64,000 nt of DNA from Bradyrhizobiaceae bacterium (lineage in GTDB: Bacteria; Bacteroidota; Ignavibacteria; Kapaibacteriales; Kapaibacteriaceae): positions 12,568 through 76,567 of the forward strand of contig JAGFIZ010000066.1 of the NCBI GenBank assembly GCA_024103135.1. The letters run 5' to 3'. Shown here piece after piece: positions 46,744 to 55,988 of the stretch. The first letter of the stretch is position 1, and each line of letters begins with the position of its first letter. The notes beneath the pieces are model-generated. The model searched no databases. It saw only the letters and a list, made by a program, of their open reading frames with translations, and had not been told where the DNA came from. The translations under genes were made by a program, and so were the position numbers.

Positions 46744-48312
46744 ATGCCGCGAATACTCTGGGTCGACGACGAGATTGAGCTCCTCAAACCACACCTGATT
46801 CTTCTTGAGCAGCGTGGCTACGAGGTGCAGACAGCCACGAACGGTGAAGATGCAATCGAGCTGGCGCAGGAGACGCGGTATGATCTTGTGTTCCTGGACG
46901 AGATGATGATGGGCATCAGCGGGTTGGAAACACTCTCTGTCCTTAAGGACATTGATGCGTCCGTGCCAGTAGTCATGGTGACCAAGAACGAGCAGGAATC
47001 GCTCATGGAAGAAGCCATCGGCAGGAAGATCGACGACTACCTTACCAAGCCAGTGAACCCGACGCAAGTTCTTGCTGCCTGCAAGAAGTTCCTCGAAACA
47101 CGGCGCATTACCGAGTCCAAGATCACGCAGGACTTTCACCAACAGTACAGCGTCATCTCACGTCGGCTCCTTGACAAAATGGATTGGGCAGAGTGGTTGG
47201 ACGTGTACTTGAAGTTGGTTGGTGGAAGCATCGAGCTGGATTCGCATCCCGACATGGGACTTGAGCAATCCCTACGTGATCAGTGGAAGGAATGCAATGC
47301 AGAGTTCTGCAAGTTCATCGAGTCGGAATATCAAGGTTGGCTCGCCGACAGACGTCAGCGCGAGCCCGACATGCCTCTGCTTTCACCACACGTACTCGAT
47401 CAATGGCTTGTGCCGCACCTTTCAAATGGAAAGCCTACGTTCTTCATCGTCGTAGACTGCATGCGAATGGATCAGTGGATGGTCATGGAAGAATACATCC
47501 GCCCATTGTTCAACATTCAGCGTGACTATTACTGCGGCATCCTTCCAACGGCTACGCCATACGCACGCAATGCCATCTTTGCCGGCTTGTACCCAACGGA
47601 AATCAACAAGCACTATCCTCAGTATGCTATTGACGAACGGGGCAACGACGAGCATACGTTGAATCGGCATGAGAAGGATCTTCTTGCCCTGTTCCTGCAG
47701 AGGAAGCGGATCACACTCAAGAACGACTTGCAGTACATCAAGATCATCGACACGGAGTTCGGGAAGCGGATTGAAGCCGACATCCTTCGGTATGCTCGAC
47801 ATCACCTCACGGCCATTGTCATCAATGCCGTGGATATGATTGCTCACTCACGCTCCGACTATCCAATCCTGAAGGAGATTGCACCCGACGAGAGTGCCTA
47901 CCGTACGCTTACCCGTAGCTGGTTCCTGCATAGCTCGTTCTATGGCATTTTGCGGACCCTTGCCACCGTGCCAGACGTGCAGATCGTGATCACTACCGAC
48001 CACGGTAGCGTGCGCTGTCTACGTGGCAGCAAGGTCATCGGCGACCGTGAGACCACCACCAACCTTCGGTACAAGATTGGTCGGAACATCAAGGCTGATG
48101 AGCGCGAGGCACTCCTCGTAAAGAACTCCGAAACCTATCGAATTCCCGCACCCGGTGTGGCTACCACGTGTGTGATCGCAAAGGAAGATCGGTACTTTGT
48201 CTATCCCACCGACTACCACCACTACCTACAGAAGTATCGCGATTCATTCCAGCACGGAGGGATTTCACTGGAAGAAATGATCTTGCCGGTGATTACACTA
48301 AAGCCAAGATAG
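46744..48312 (+). CDS. porX: PorX-type response regulator: CheY-like receiver fused to a PglZ (alkaline-phosphatase superfamily) domain
   Basis: REC domain with acidic pocket and phospho-acceptor context (ILWVDDE...DLVFLDEMMMG...VVMVTK). C-terminal PglZ-type TDHGSV and phosphatase-fold motifs. 522 aa, matching PorX size. Confidence 0.75.
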   Translation: MPRILWVDDEIELLKPHLILLEQRGYEVQTATNGEDAIELAQETRYDLVFLDEMMMGISGLETLSVLKDIDASVPVVMVTKNEQESLMEEAIGRKIDDYLTKPVNPTQVLAACKKFLETRRITESKITQDFHQQYSVISRRLLDKMDWAEWLDVYLKLVGGSIELDSHPDMGLEQSLRDQWKECNAEFCKFIESEYQGWLADRRQREPDMPLLSPHVLDQWLVPHLSNGKPTFFIVVDCMRMDQWMVMEEYIRPLFNIQRDYYCGILPTATPYARNAIFAGLYPTEINKHYPQYAIDERGNDEHTLNRHEKDLLALFLQRKRITLKNDLQYIKIIDTEFGKRIEADILRYARHHLTAIVINAVDMIAHSRSDYPILKEIAPDESAYRTLTRSWFLHSSFYGILRTLATVPDVQIVITTDHGSVRCLRGSKVIGDRETTTNLRYKIGRNIKADEREALLVKNSETYRIPAPGVATTCVIAKEDRYFVYPTDYHHYLQKYRDSFQHGGISLEEMILPVITLKPR

Positions 48313-48411
48313 ACAAGGATGTTAGGCTTGCCACCGTTTCCAATGATGTAGGAACTTTTGCCTCAATGCCGTATGGTTGTGCCGGTATTTTTCATGACCA
48401 ACGGCTGAAAG

Positions 48412-48888
48412 ATGAACGAAGAAGTTGTGCGTACCAATTCGCGCGATGAAACCATCCTACAAGGGGAGCAGTTTGCTGCCCGCCTGCTGAAGGGAGACCT
48501 GGTAGTCCTCTCCGGTGATCTCGGTGCAGGCAAGACTGAATTTGTAAAAGGCATCTGTCATTTTCTTGCTGTAGAAGACCTCGTAACCAGTCCAACCTTT
48601 ACCATCATCAACCAATACAACGGCGAGATGCCGAGTGGTGATGCAGTAAAGGTCTATCATGTTGACCTCTACCGGATCGAGAAACCAGAGGAATTGCTGA
48701 CCATTGGTTTCGACGACATGGTCTTTGCCCATGATGCCATCAAGCTCGTCGAATGGCCAGAGCAGGCGCAGCATCACCTTCCCGATACATACTGGCGTGT
48801 GCAAATCCAACAGGTTGATACTGATGATTCAGCACGTGATATTCACATCAGCAAGCATTCTACCATAGAAGCCAATCAACAACCGTAA
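48412..48888 (+). CDS. tsaE: tRNA threonylcarbamoyladenosine biosynthesis ATPase TsaE
   Basis: LSGDLGAGKTEFVKG Walker A and SPTFTIINQY are typical of YjeE/TsaE. Confidence 0.85.
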   Translation: MNEEVVRTNSRDETILQGEQFAARLLKGDLVVLSGDLGAGKTEFVKGICHFLAVEDLVTSPTFTIINQYNGEMPSGDAVKVYHVDLYRIEKPEELLTIGFDDMVFAHDAIKLVEWPEQAQHHLPDTYWRVQIQQVDTDDSARDIHISKHSTIEANQQP

Positions 48889-48930
48889 GTTTGCATTCCC
48901 ATCCTTTATTCACATAATTCATAGATCCCT

Positions 48931-50106
48931 ATGCAGATCGCGAATCGCATTTCGCGTCTCGGAACAGAGACGGCATTTGTAGTTCTTCAGCGCGCTCGTG
49001 CCCTTGAAGCACAAGGCAAGAGCATTATACACCTGGAGATCGGTGAACCAGATTTCGATACACCGCAAAACATTATCGATGCTGGCAAGCAAGCGCTCGA
49101 CAAGGGATTTACCCATTACGGTCCATCGGCTGGTCTGCCCGAAGCTCGGGCTGCCATTGCAGAGTACACGAATAAAACCCGTGGCTACAACCTTTGGGAT
49201 GCAGACCACGTGGTGATTACTCCTGGGGCCAAGCCAATCATGTTCTTCGGCATGATGGCCGTGTTGAATGAAGGCGACGAAGTCATCTACCCAAACCCAG
49301 GATTCCCGATTTACGAGTCCGTCATCAACTTCCTTGGTGCCAAGGCCGTGCCATTGCCTCTGCGCGAAGAGAACGAATTCCGCATGGATGTTGCCGACTT
49401 GGAAGCACGCATTACGTCGCGCACCAAGATGCTCATCATCAACACACCACAGAATCCTACCGGTGGTATCCTTACCAGGGAAGACCTGCAGCAGATTGCC
49501 GAGCTTGCCATCAAGCATGATCTGATGGTGTTGAGCGATGAGATCTATTCACAGATTACCTATGGTGACTTCAAGCATACGTCGATAACGGAGTTCGACG
49601 GAATGGCAGAGCGCACCATGATCCTGGATGGCTTCTCGAAGACCTTTGCAATGACTGGCTGGCGCCTCGGCTATGGCCTCTTCCCTAAGGATGTTGCCGC
49701 CGTAGTCTCCAAGCTTCAAACCAACAGCACAAGCTGTACTGCAAGCTTCACACAGATTGCTGGTATCGAAGCATTGAGCGATCGTACGTTGGACAGAGTA
49801 GACTACTTCGTTGACAAGTTCAAGGAGCGCCGTGACCTTATCGTTGAGCGCCTAAACCAGATTCCTGGCGTTCGCTGTCACCGTCCACACGGCGCATTCT
49901 ACGTATTCCCGAACATTCAAGGTACTGGAAAGACCAGTGCCGAAATGGAACACTACCTGCTCAACGATGCTGGTGTTGCCTGCTTGTCGGGAACGGCCTT
50001 CGGTGCCTTTGGTGAAGGATTCATTCGACTCTCCTATGCTAACAGCGTAGAGAATATCGAAGAAGCCATGAAGCGGATGCAGACGGCCATCGAAAGACTG
50101 ATGTAA
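48931..50106 (+). CDS. class I/II pyridoxal-phosphate aminotransferase (aspartate aminotransferase-like)
   Basis: SKTFAMTGWRLGY contains the PLP-lysine motif. 391 aa. Confidence 0.85.
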   Translation: MQIANRISRLGTETAFVVLQRARALEAQGKSIIHLEIGEPDFDTPQNIIDAGKQALDKGFTHYGPSAGLPEARAAIAEYTNKTRGYNLWDADHVVITPGAKPIMFFGMMAVLNEGDEVIYPNPGFPIYESVINFLGAKAVPLPLREENEFRMDVADLEARITSRTKMLIINTPQNPTGGILTREDLQQIAELAIKHDLMVLSDEIYSQITYGDFKHTSITEFDGMAERTMILDGFSKTFAMTGWRLGYGLFPKDVAAVVSKLQTNSTSCTASFTQIAGIEALSDRTLDRVDYFVDKFKERRDLIVERLNQIPGVRCHRPHGAFYVFPNIQGTGKTSAEMEHYLLNDAGVACLSGTAFGAFGEGFIRLSYANSVENIEEAMKRMQTAIERLM

Positions 50107-50125
50107 GAGAGGAACTGGTTGGCAC

Positions 50126-50821
50126 ATGTTGGATGCATCCACTCTAACACGTGACTTACTCAAGGCTTTTCGTCTGAACGAAAATGTAGACAAAGCCGAA
50201 GGAATGCGAGCGTACATGCGCAACCAGTTTGTCTACTTCGGAATACCAGGTCCACTTAGAAACGAACTCCAACGCGATCTCATCGCCAACGTCTCCGATA
50301 TCCATCAGGCGTTTGACGTTGCAGAAATGTTATGGGAACAGGAACAGCGGGAGTGTCAGTACACTGCCTGTGATGTGTTGGCACACATGGCAAGACGTAA
50401 GACAGTCCCGCTGTTCGATCCCGAGAACTTGCTTTGGCGGACACAACAATTGATCCGCAGTAAGTCTTGGTGGGACACCGTGGATGCTCTTGCACCGAAC
50501 GTTGCGGGGGTGATCGTCAAACGATCGGACGTGTTGGACGTTGAAACCGTTGCCAGAGAGTGGATCGTTGATCGCGACTTCTGGATTCAGCGCTCGGCAT
50601 TGTTGCTGCAGCTCAAGTACAAGGCCGACGCCAATGCAGATCTGTTGTTTGAACTGGTGTTGGCCGTTGCCCACAGCAATGAGTTCTTCCTACGAAAGGG
50701 AGCCGGCTGGGTCCTCCGAGAGTACAGTAAGACTAACCCAACGGCTGTGCGCGCGTTTGTTGATCAGAATCAACATGTTCTTAGCAGTCTCACCATTCGT
50801 GAGGGGACCAAGTACTGCTAG
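50126..50821 (+). CDS. DNA alkylation repair enzyme, AlkD/AlkC-like HEAT-repeat family
   Basis: 231 aa, all-helical. The WW...VD.L region and size match the DNA_alkylation family (pfam08713-like). Confidence 0.6.
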   Translation: MLDASTLTRDLLKAFRLNENVDKAEGMRAYMRNQFVYFGIPGPLRNELQRDLIANVSDIHQAFDVAEMLWEQEQRECQYTACDVLAHMARRKTVPLFDPENLLWRTQQLIRSKSWWDTVDALAPNVAGVIVKRSDVLDVETVAREWIVDRDFWIQRSALLLQLKYKADANADLLFELVLAVAHSNEFFLRKGAGWVLREYSKTNPTAVRAFVDQNQHVLSSLTIREGTKYC

Positions 50822-50846
50822 GCGCTGGCCCGATGTTGCTTTACAG

Positions 50847-51824
50847 CTATTTCGCACCAATCTTCGATGCTTCGATGATCTGCCGCGCCGTGATGGTGGT
50901 GGCACAGCGGAAGTGTCCTTGTGGACATGACGTGCGTCCATGTATGCCGCAGGGTCGGCACGCCAACGGCTCTGGTGTTTCGACAATGCTGGATTGATCA
51001 CTAAGCGGACCAAAGCCAAACGCTGGTATCGTGCTGCAGAAAATGGCCGTAACGGGAGCATTCATTGCCGAAGCCATGTGCAAGGTTGCAGAGTCGTTCA
51101 CAAACGTCATCCGAGCACCACTGATGAGAGCAGCACTTTGAAGCACCGACAATCTGCCTGCAAGAGAGACAACGGCTGTTGCACGTGATTCACGAGCTAT
51201 GTATTCGCAAGCTTCAACATCGGCTGGTCCACCAAGCAGATAAACAGGCATGCCCAACTCCCGAATCAGGTCAATCCATTGCGATGCAGGGTATTGTTTG
51301 GTAAACCAAACTGACGTTGGAGCAATACACACGTATGGTTGATGTTGGTAGGGGGCTATGTAATCGTATTCAGTCTGGTGTGGATACAACCGAGGTGGGG
51401 CTGGCTTCCCTGGCACAAGGTGAGCAATGAGTTCGTGATTCCGCTCAACCTCATGAACACCATCCATCCTGTGGACATGTCTACGTGTGAAGAAGATGCT
51501 GAGCGGATTCTGCTTGAAGCCAATAGTCTGTGAAGCACCTGACCGAATGGTAATCCAGCCACTACGGGCATGACGCTGGAGGTTGACGACGTGAGTGTAG
51601 TGCTGGTCTCGGATGTGTGCAATGAGTGGCCGAATCGAGCCGTTCTGCTTGTCCCATGCAATCACATGATCAATGAACGGATGATTCGTGAACAACTCTG
51701 CATTGCTGGCACGTACGAGCATGTGTGGGTGAGCGCACACGCCTGACGCATGCAGCGTCTCTGCAACACTAGTTGCCAGGATTGCATCGCCTAGGAAGGC
51801 CGGTTGAACGATGAGGACCTTCAC
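50847..51824 (-). CDS. family 9 glycosyltransferase (ADP-heptose:LPS heptosyltransferase-like)
   Basis: N-terminal MKVLIVQPAFLGDAIL is the GT9 hallmark. 325 aa. Confidence 0.8.
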   Translation of the reverse strand: MKVLIVQPAFLGDAILATSVAETLHASGVCAHPHMLVRASNAELFTNHPFIDHVIAWDKQNGSIRPLIAHIRDQHYTHVVNLQRHARSGWITIRSGASQTIGFKQNPLSIFFTRRHVHRMDGVHEVERNHELIAHLVPGKPAPPRLYPHQTEYDYIAPYQHQPYVCIAPTSVWFTKQYPASQWIDLIRELGMPVYLLGGPADVEACEYIARESRATAVVSLAGRLSVLQSAALISGARMTFVNDSATLHMASAMNAPVTAIFCSTIPAFGFGPLSDQSSIVETPEPLACRPCGIHGRTSCPQGHFRCATTITARQIIEASKIGAK

Positions 51825-52720
51825 ACGTGTCCAGCAGGATGGGTGAGTGGCTCAAGGTGCGTAATCACATCGGCATTCTCATAACCGATTGCCGTAGCGA
51901 CCACGTGTTCTGCCTGCGTTGCCAGGGCATGTGCTCGTTGAATTGGCATGTCGTCCGGAAACTGCAGATGGAAGTCGAGATGTGGAAGCGAACCAGACAT
52001 TCGCAATCGAAGACGATGGTAGCGAATGTTGTGCTGTGCACCAAATTCCTGCAACGCAGCATGTGCCTTTGCCTCAAGGTCAGGGTCAGTCCTGTCCATC
52101 AATCCCATTGCGGCAATGCGCAACAACTTGCCCCCTTCACGAAGGATGTTTGCACCGAACACAATTGCGAGTATCGGGTCAAGAATCAGAATGTTGGTAG
52201 ACCAGGCAAGGAGGAGACCGATAACGGCCCCGGCACTTGTCCACGCATCCGTCAGCACGTGCTTGCCATTGGCTTCGACAAGGACGCTGCGCTTGCGTTT
52301 TCCTACTCGCACAAGGTAGAAGCCTAGCACGGCATTGATACCACCGGCAACGGCAGTGATGGCTAGGCCAACATCAACCTGTTCGAGCTTGGGTCCTTCA
52401 ACGATGCGCTGCACGGCCGAAACCACGATGACGATTGCAGCAATACAAATCAACGCTCCTTCGGTTCCAGCGCTGATGAGGGCAATCTTCTGATGTCCGT
52501 AGTGGTGGTCATCATCGGGTGGTTGCATGGCTACGCGCAATGCATACCAGGCAAACCAGACGGCGATAATGTGGACGACGCTTTCGGCAGCATCACTAAA
52601 AATCACACTTGAGCCGGTGATCAAATAGGCCCACCATTTAGCAGCAAGCATCAGCACGCCAGCTCCAAGCGAAATGCTTGTGGCACGACGTAGCTCGGGA
52701 TATGTCTTGCTCGTGTTCAC
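51821..52720 (-). CDS. cation diffusion facilitator family transporter
   Basis: Six TM helices. His/Asp-rich loop PPDDDHHYGHQK. C-terminal cytoplasmic domain. Its stop overlaps the downstream GT9 start. Confidence 0.8.
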   Translation of the reverse strand: MNTSKTYPELRRATSISLGAGVLMLAAKWWAYLITGSSVIFSDAAESVVHIIAVWFAWYALRVAMQPPDDDHHYGHQKIALISAGTEGALICIAAIVIVVSAVQRIVEGPKLEQVDVGLAITAVAGGINAVLGFYLVRVGKRKRSVLVEANGKHVLTDAWTSAGAVIGLLLAWSTNILILDPILAIVFGANILREGGKLLRIAAMGLMDRTDPDLEAKAHAALQEFGAQHNIRYHRLRLRMSGSLPHLDFHLQFPDDMPIQRAHALATQAEHVVATAIGYENADVITHLEPLTHPAGHV

Positions 52721-52773
52721 CTACAAAGCTATGTGAGTTGCATCACATACTTTGGTGATGCGGAGGGGGAGCT

Positions 52774-53019
52774 TTGCACATCAACATTCATTTCATGGAA
52801 GGGGTACATGCTATGAAGGTCAACCTTGGATCAATTGACAGACTTGTACGAGTGTTGCTTGCCATCGTTATCGGCATTACCATTTTCAACGGCAGTCTCA
52901 CAGGCGTGTGGGCATGGGTGCTTGGGGCATTCGGCGTTGTGCTCTTGCTTACCTCGACGGTGAGCCGATGTCCGATTTACTTTATGCTTGGCATGAGTAC
53001 TGCCAAGAAGGCCAAGTAG
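52774..53019 (+). CDS. small membrane protein, DUF2892/YgaP-like
   Basis: 81 aa, two TM helices, conserved Cys near the C-terminus (SRCP). Confidence 0.45.
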   Translation: MHINIHFMEGVHAMKVNLGSIDRLVRVLLAIVIGITIFNGSLTGVWAWVLGAFGVVLLLTSTVSRCPIYFMLGMSTAKKAK

Positions 53020-53094
53020 TAAGACCCAGTTGACTTGACCCCGTTGTTAGCAGTCATTACTGACCTCATTATCAACGATCATTACAAAGAAGCA

Positions 53095-53126
53095 AGGCCA
53101 TCATTCCAGAATTGGAATGATGGCCT
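53095..53126. terminator. perfect 14-bp inverted repeat (AGGCCATCATTCCA-gaat-TGGAATGATGGCCT) between convergent genes. Likely a bidirectional terminator or protein-binding palindrome.
   Basis: Exact palindrome read from the sequence. Weak T-tract on the minus side only. Confidence 0.4.
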
Positions 53127-53168
53127 ACGTAAACGTCTAACTCGGAACAGAGAGTATCGACCGGGTGG

Positions 53169-53684
53169 TTACGGGTAGAAACGTAATCCTACAGCTGCAT
53201 CAAAGCCAGCCCCAAAGCCGGGCATGATACCGATGTTCTCACCGATTTCGGCAAAGATCTCCAACGGTGAGTTCTTTGGGATGATGTTAAGTCCAGCCAC
53301 AACCCGTACGCCAAGCCCCATCTCATTGTCGCGATAGTACCAGTCATCATCCTTGCTCTTTCGCCAGAGGCTCGACGGACCATCAAAGCCAAGGCTTACG
53401 CCAGGTCCTGCATAGAGCTTGAGGATGGGCGACGAGAACGTATCAAAATGCCACAGGTAGTCAACCTGGATTCGTGGTGAACCAAAGTACGATGCCCCAA
53501 GGTCGAAGACCAGAGAATTTTCCTTATTAAGCCACAGCTTGGCCGTAAGACCTGACGGTTCGCCCAACATCAAACCAAAACCGAAACTCTTGGATTTTGG
53601 ACCTTGAGCGTGAGCAGGAACCGATGTGAACACTATGGTTCCCAGAATCAGAATCGGTATAAACCATCGAACGAAACGTAGCAT
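53169..53684 (-). CDS. hypothetical outer-membrane beta-barrel/secreted protein
   Basis: Signal peptide (VPAHAQG). Amphipathic beta-strand pattern. C-terminal aromatic. Confidence 0.4.
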   Translation of the reverse strand: MLRFVRWFIPILILGTIVFTSVPAHAQGPKSKSFGFGLMLGEPSGLTAKLWLNKENSLVFDLGASYFGSPRIQVDYLWHFDTFSSPILKLYAGPGVSLGFDGPSSLWRKSKDDDWYYRDNEMGLGVRVVAGLNIIPKNSPLEIFAEIGENIGIMPGFGAGFDAAVGLRFYP

Positions 53685-53695
53685 ACAGGCCTCGA

Positions 53696-55114
53696 TTACG
53701 TGTTAAGTGTTTTCAAAAACTCTGCATTACTCTTTGTGGCACGCATACGTTCCAAGAGCGTTTCCATTGCCTCAATTGGAGGATCGTCGCCCAACACCTT
53801 ACGTAGAATCCAGACCTTGTTGAGTTCTTCTTGCGTCATCAACAATTCTTCACGGCGGGTTCCACTTCTGTTCACATCGATAGCCGGATAGATCCGCCTG
53901 TCGGCAATCTTCCGATCAAGCACCAACTCCATGTTACCGGTACCCTTGAACTCTTCAAAGATCACTTCGTCCATCCGTGAGTTCGTCTCTACCAGCGCCG
54001 TTGCAATAATCGTTAGAGAGCCCCCTTCCTCTACATTCCGTGCTGCGCCGAAAAATCGCTTTGGCCTGTGAAGGGCATTGGCATCGACGCCGCCGGAGAG
54101 GAGTTTGCCACTCTGGGGGACAACGGTGTTGTGTGCGCGTGCAAGACGTGTAATGGAGTCCAGAAGGATCACAACGTCCTGTTTGGCTTCGACTAGACGT
54201 TTGCTCTTTTCGAGCACCATGTCGGCAACCTGTACGTGTCGCTCAGGCGGTTCGTCGAACGTCGATGCCACCACTTCGGCAGCAACCGACCGTTGCATGT
54301 CGGTCACCTCTTCTGGACGTTCGTCGATAAGCAATACAATGAGCTTGACCTCTGGATGGTTGCGTGCGATGGCATTGGCAATCTTCTGGAGAAGGATGGT
54401 CTTGCCCGCCTTTGGTGGACTTACAATCAGGCCACGCTGCCCCTTGCCGATTGGACTCACAAGGTCGATCACTCGTGTGCTGAATTCATTATGCGTTGTT
54501 TCCAGCGTAAGCCGTGATTGCGGATACAGTGGTGTAAGATTCTCAAACAACACTCGTTCACGCGTCTCGACGTACGTTTCGTAGTTGATGCTGTCAACCC
54601 GCACAAGAGCAAAGAAGCGCTCACCGTCACGGGGCTGACGCACGAAAGCCTTCACGGTGTCGCCAGTGCGCAAACCATACTTGCGGACCTGAGATGGGCT
54701 CACATACACATCGTCATGCGACGGAAGGTAGTTGTAGCTGGCTGACCGCAAGAATCCGTAGCCGTCGGGCAACACCTCTACAACACCCACGCTGATGGTG
54801 GTGCTTTCACGGTGTGTTTCCTTTAGCTGCCGAGCATTCTCTGCTTCGACGATCTTGACGATCAGGTCCTGCTTACGTAAGTCACTGATCTGCTCCAGAC
54901 CAAGCTGCTTGGCAATCTCCATGAGCTCTGCAATCTTCTTGCTCTTGAGCTCCGGGATGTTGATAACGATTGCCGGTGTTTCGGGTGTTTCAACGTCAGG
55001 TGTTTCCTGATACTCTCGTTGTTCACGAGGCCGTTGATCACGATAGTCACGTCCGCGGTGTCCGCGAAAGTCTCGCCCGCGGTTACCGCGCTGCGAATAT
55101 TGGCGTTGTGCCAT
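53696..55114 (-). CDS. rho: transcription termination factor Rho (with Arg/Gly-rich N-terminal extension)
   Basis: Walker [13 protein letters not shown]. Rho RNA-binding OB region. 472 aa. Confidence 0.9.
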   Translation of the reverse strand: MAQRQYSQRGNRGRDFRGHRGRDYRDQRPREQREYQETPDVETPETPAIVINIPELKSKKIAELMEIAKQLGLEQISDLRKQDLIVKIVEAENARQLKETHRESTTISVGVVEVLPDGYGFLRSASYNYLPSHDDVYVSPSQVRKYGLRTGDTVKAFVRQPRDGERFFALVRVDSINYETYVETRERVLFENLTPLYPQSRLTLETTHNEFSTRVIDLVSPIGKGQRGLIVSPPKAGKTILLQKIANAIARNHPEVKLIVLLIDERPEEVTDMQRSVAAEVVASTFDEPPERHVQVADMVLEKSKRLVEAKQDVVILLDSITRLARAHNTVVPQSGKLLSGGVDANALHRPKRFFGAARNVEEGGSLTIIATALVETNSRMDEVIFEEFKGTGNMELVLDRKIADRRIYPAIDVNRSGTRREELLMTQEELNKVWILRKVLGDDPPIEAMETLLERMRATKSNAEFLKTLNT

Positions 55115-55363
55115 GCGTACTCGACGCTAGTTGAAAAAATAGAGGGAGTCCAGCGTATGGTAGATACCGCACAATAAGGAATGCGGAAACGTTAGGTAAA
55201 GGGCTTACCAGTAAGTGGACTACGCGAAAATGTGACGGAAACAATCAACGTGCAAATTCTTTTGTGTTGCTCACTCGCTGCGGAGGTGTCACAAAAGGTC
55301 GGTACATGCCCACCTAGGTGTGTGATGGCGAGTAGAATTTTCCATACAAGCACAGTCGCCTTA

Positions 55364-55399
55364 ACAAACACAGTGACAAACACAGTGGCAAACACAGTG
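55364..55399. repeat. three tandem 12-bp repeats (ACAAACACAGTG x3) immediately upstream of the 55409 start codon
   Basis: ACAAACACAGTG / ACAAACACAGTG / GCAAACACAGTG read directly. Sits in the divergent rho / secreted-protein promoter region. Confidence 0.5.
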
Positions 55400-55408
55400 G
55401 CATTCATC

Positions 55409-55873
55409 ATGGTATTCATCGTACTGGCAAGCGCACCAGCGATGGCACAAGGCCGACATCTTGTGGTCAGCGCTGCGGCAGGGGGCTATGTATCTGTAGG
55501 TGATCTGGCTGGACACGTCGGACTGCGTCCGCCTAGCCTTAAGCCCGTTGCTGGCAGACCTCACCAAGGCGTGACTAGTCCTAGGGTCGACAACGTCGTT
55601 GTTAACCGCGGTACCGCCTGGTTCATTCCGAACATGTACCTTGGTACGTACCGACGGCGCGGTGGGACAGGTGATTCAACGGTACTGACCCTCCGCGCGT
55701 CGATTCAGAGTCTTACGGGCCAGCAAGTCAAGTCCGCTGTTGAACTGGAGGTGGGAGAGTCTGGGGTGACGTTAACACTAGGGGCTGTTCTTGCCAACGG
55801 ATTGTATGTAGTGTTGTTCAACGACTCGCAAGGATTGCATCATGCCGTTACGGTGCTGCAGCAGGATGGTTGA
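55409..55873 (+). CDS. small secreted hypothetical protein, C-terminus weakly T9SS-CTD-like
   Basis: Signal peptide MVFIVLASAPAMAQG. C-terminal GVTLTLGAVLANGLYVVLFNDSQGLHHAVTVLQQDG. The track ORF from 55232 uses a GTG and would translate the repeat as TNTV repeats. Confidence 0.35.
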   Translation: MVFIVLASAPAMAQGRHLVVSAAAGGYVSVGDLAGHVGLRPPSLKPVAGRPHQGVTSPRVDNVVVNRGTAWFIPNMYLGTYRRRGGTGDSTVLTLRASIQSLTGQQVKSAVELEVGESGVTLTLGAVLANGLYVVLFNDSQGLHHAVTVLQQDG

Positions 55874-55988
55874 CGTGTTGGGGGGACGTGGACTTGACGA
55901 CGGATAGCGTAATTCATGTGACGTGTCTGGACGACAAACACTGGTTTATACGGGCTTCCCTGGGCCAGAATACCCGTATTTTTGTCAG

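Noticed and set aside
46744-48312. PglZ domain as evidence for a BREX/Pgl phage-defence system
   Set aside because: PglZ is fused to an N-terminal CheY-like receiver, which is the PorX architecture. No BrxA/B/C, PglX methyltransferase, PglW or BrxL genes are nearby.
55232-55408. N-terminal 59 codons of the track ORF (GTG start) giving a TNTVTNTVANTV peptide repeat
   Set aside because: The hydrophobic signal peptide begins at the internal ATG at 55409, which makes that ATG the likelier start. The upstream part translates a 12-bp DNA tandem repeat and uses GTG. The antisense HCVC-repeat ORF at 55361-55567 is equally spurious.
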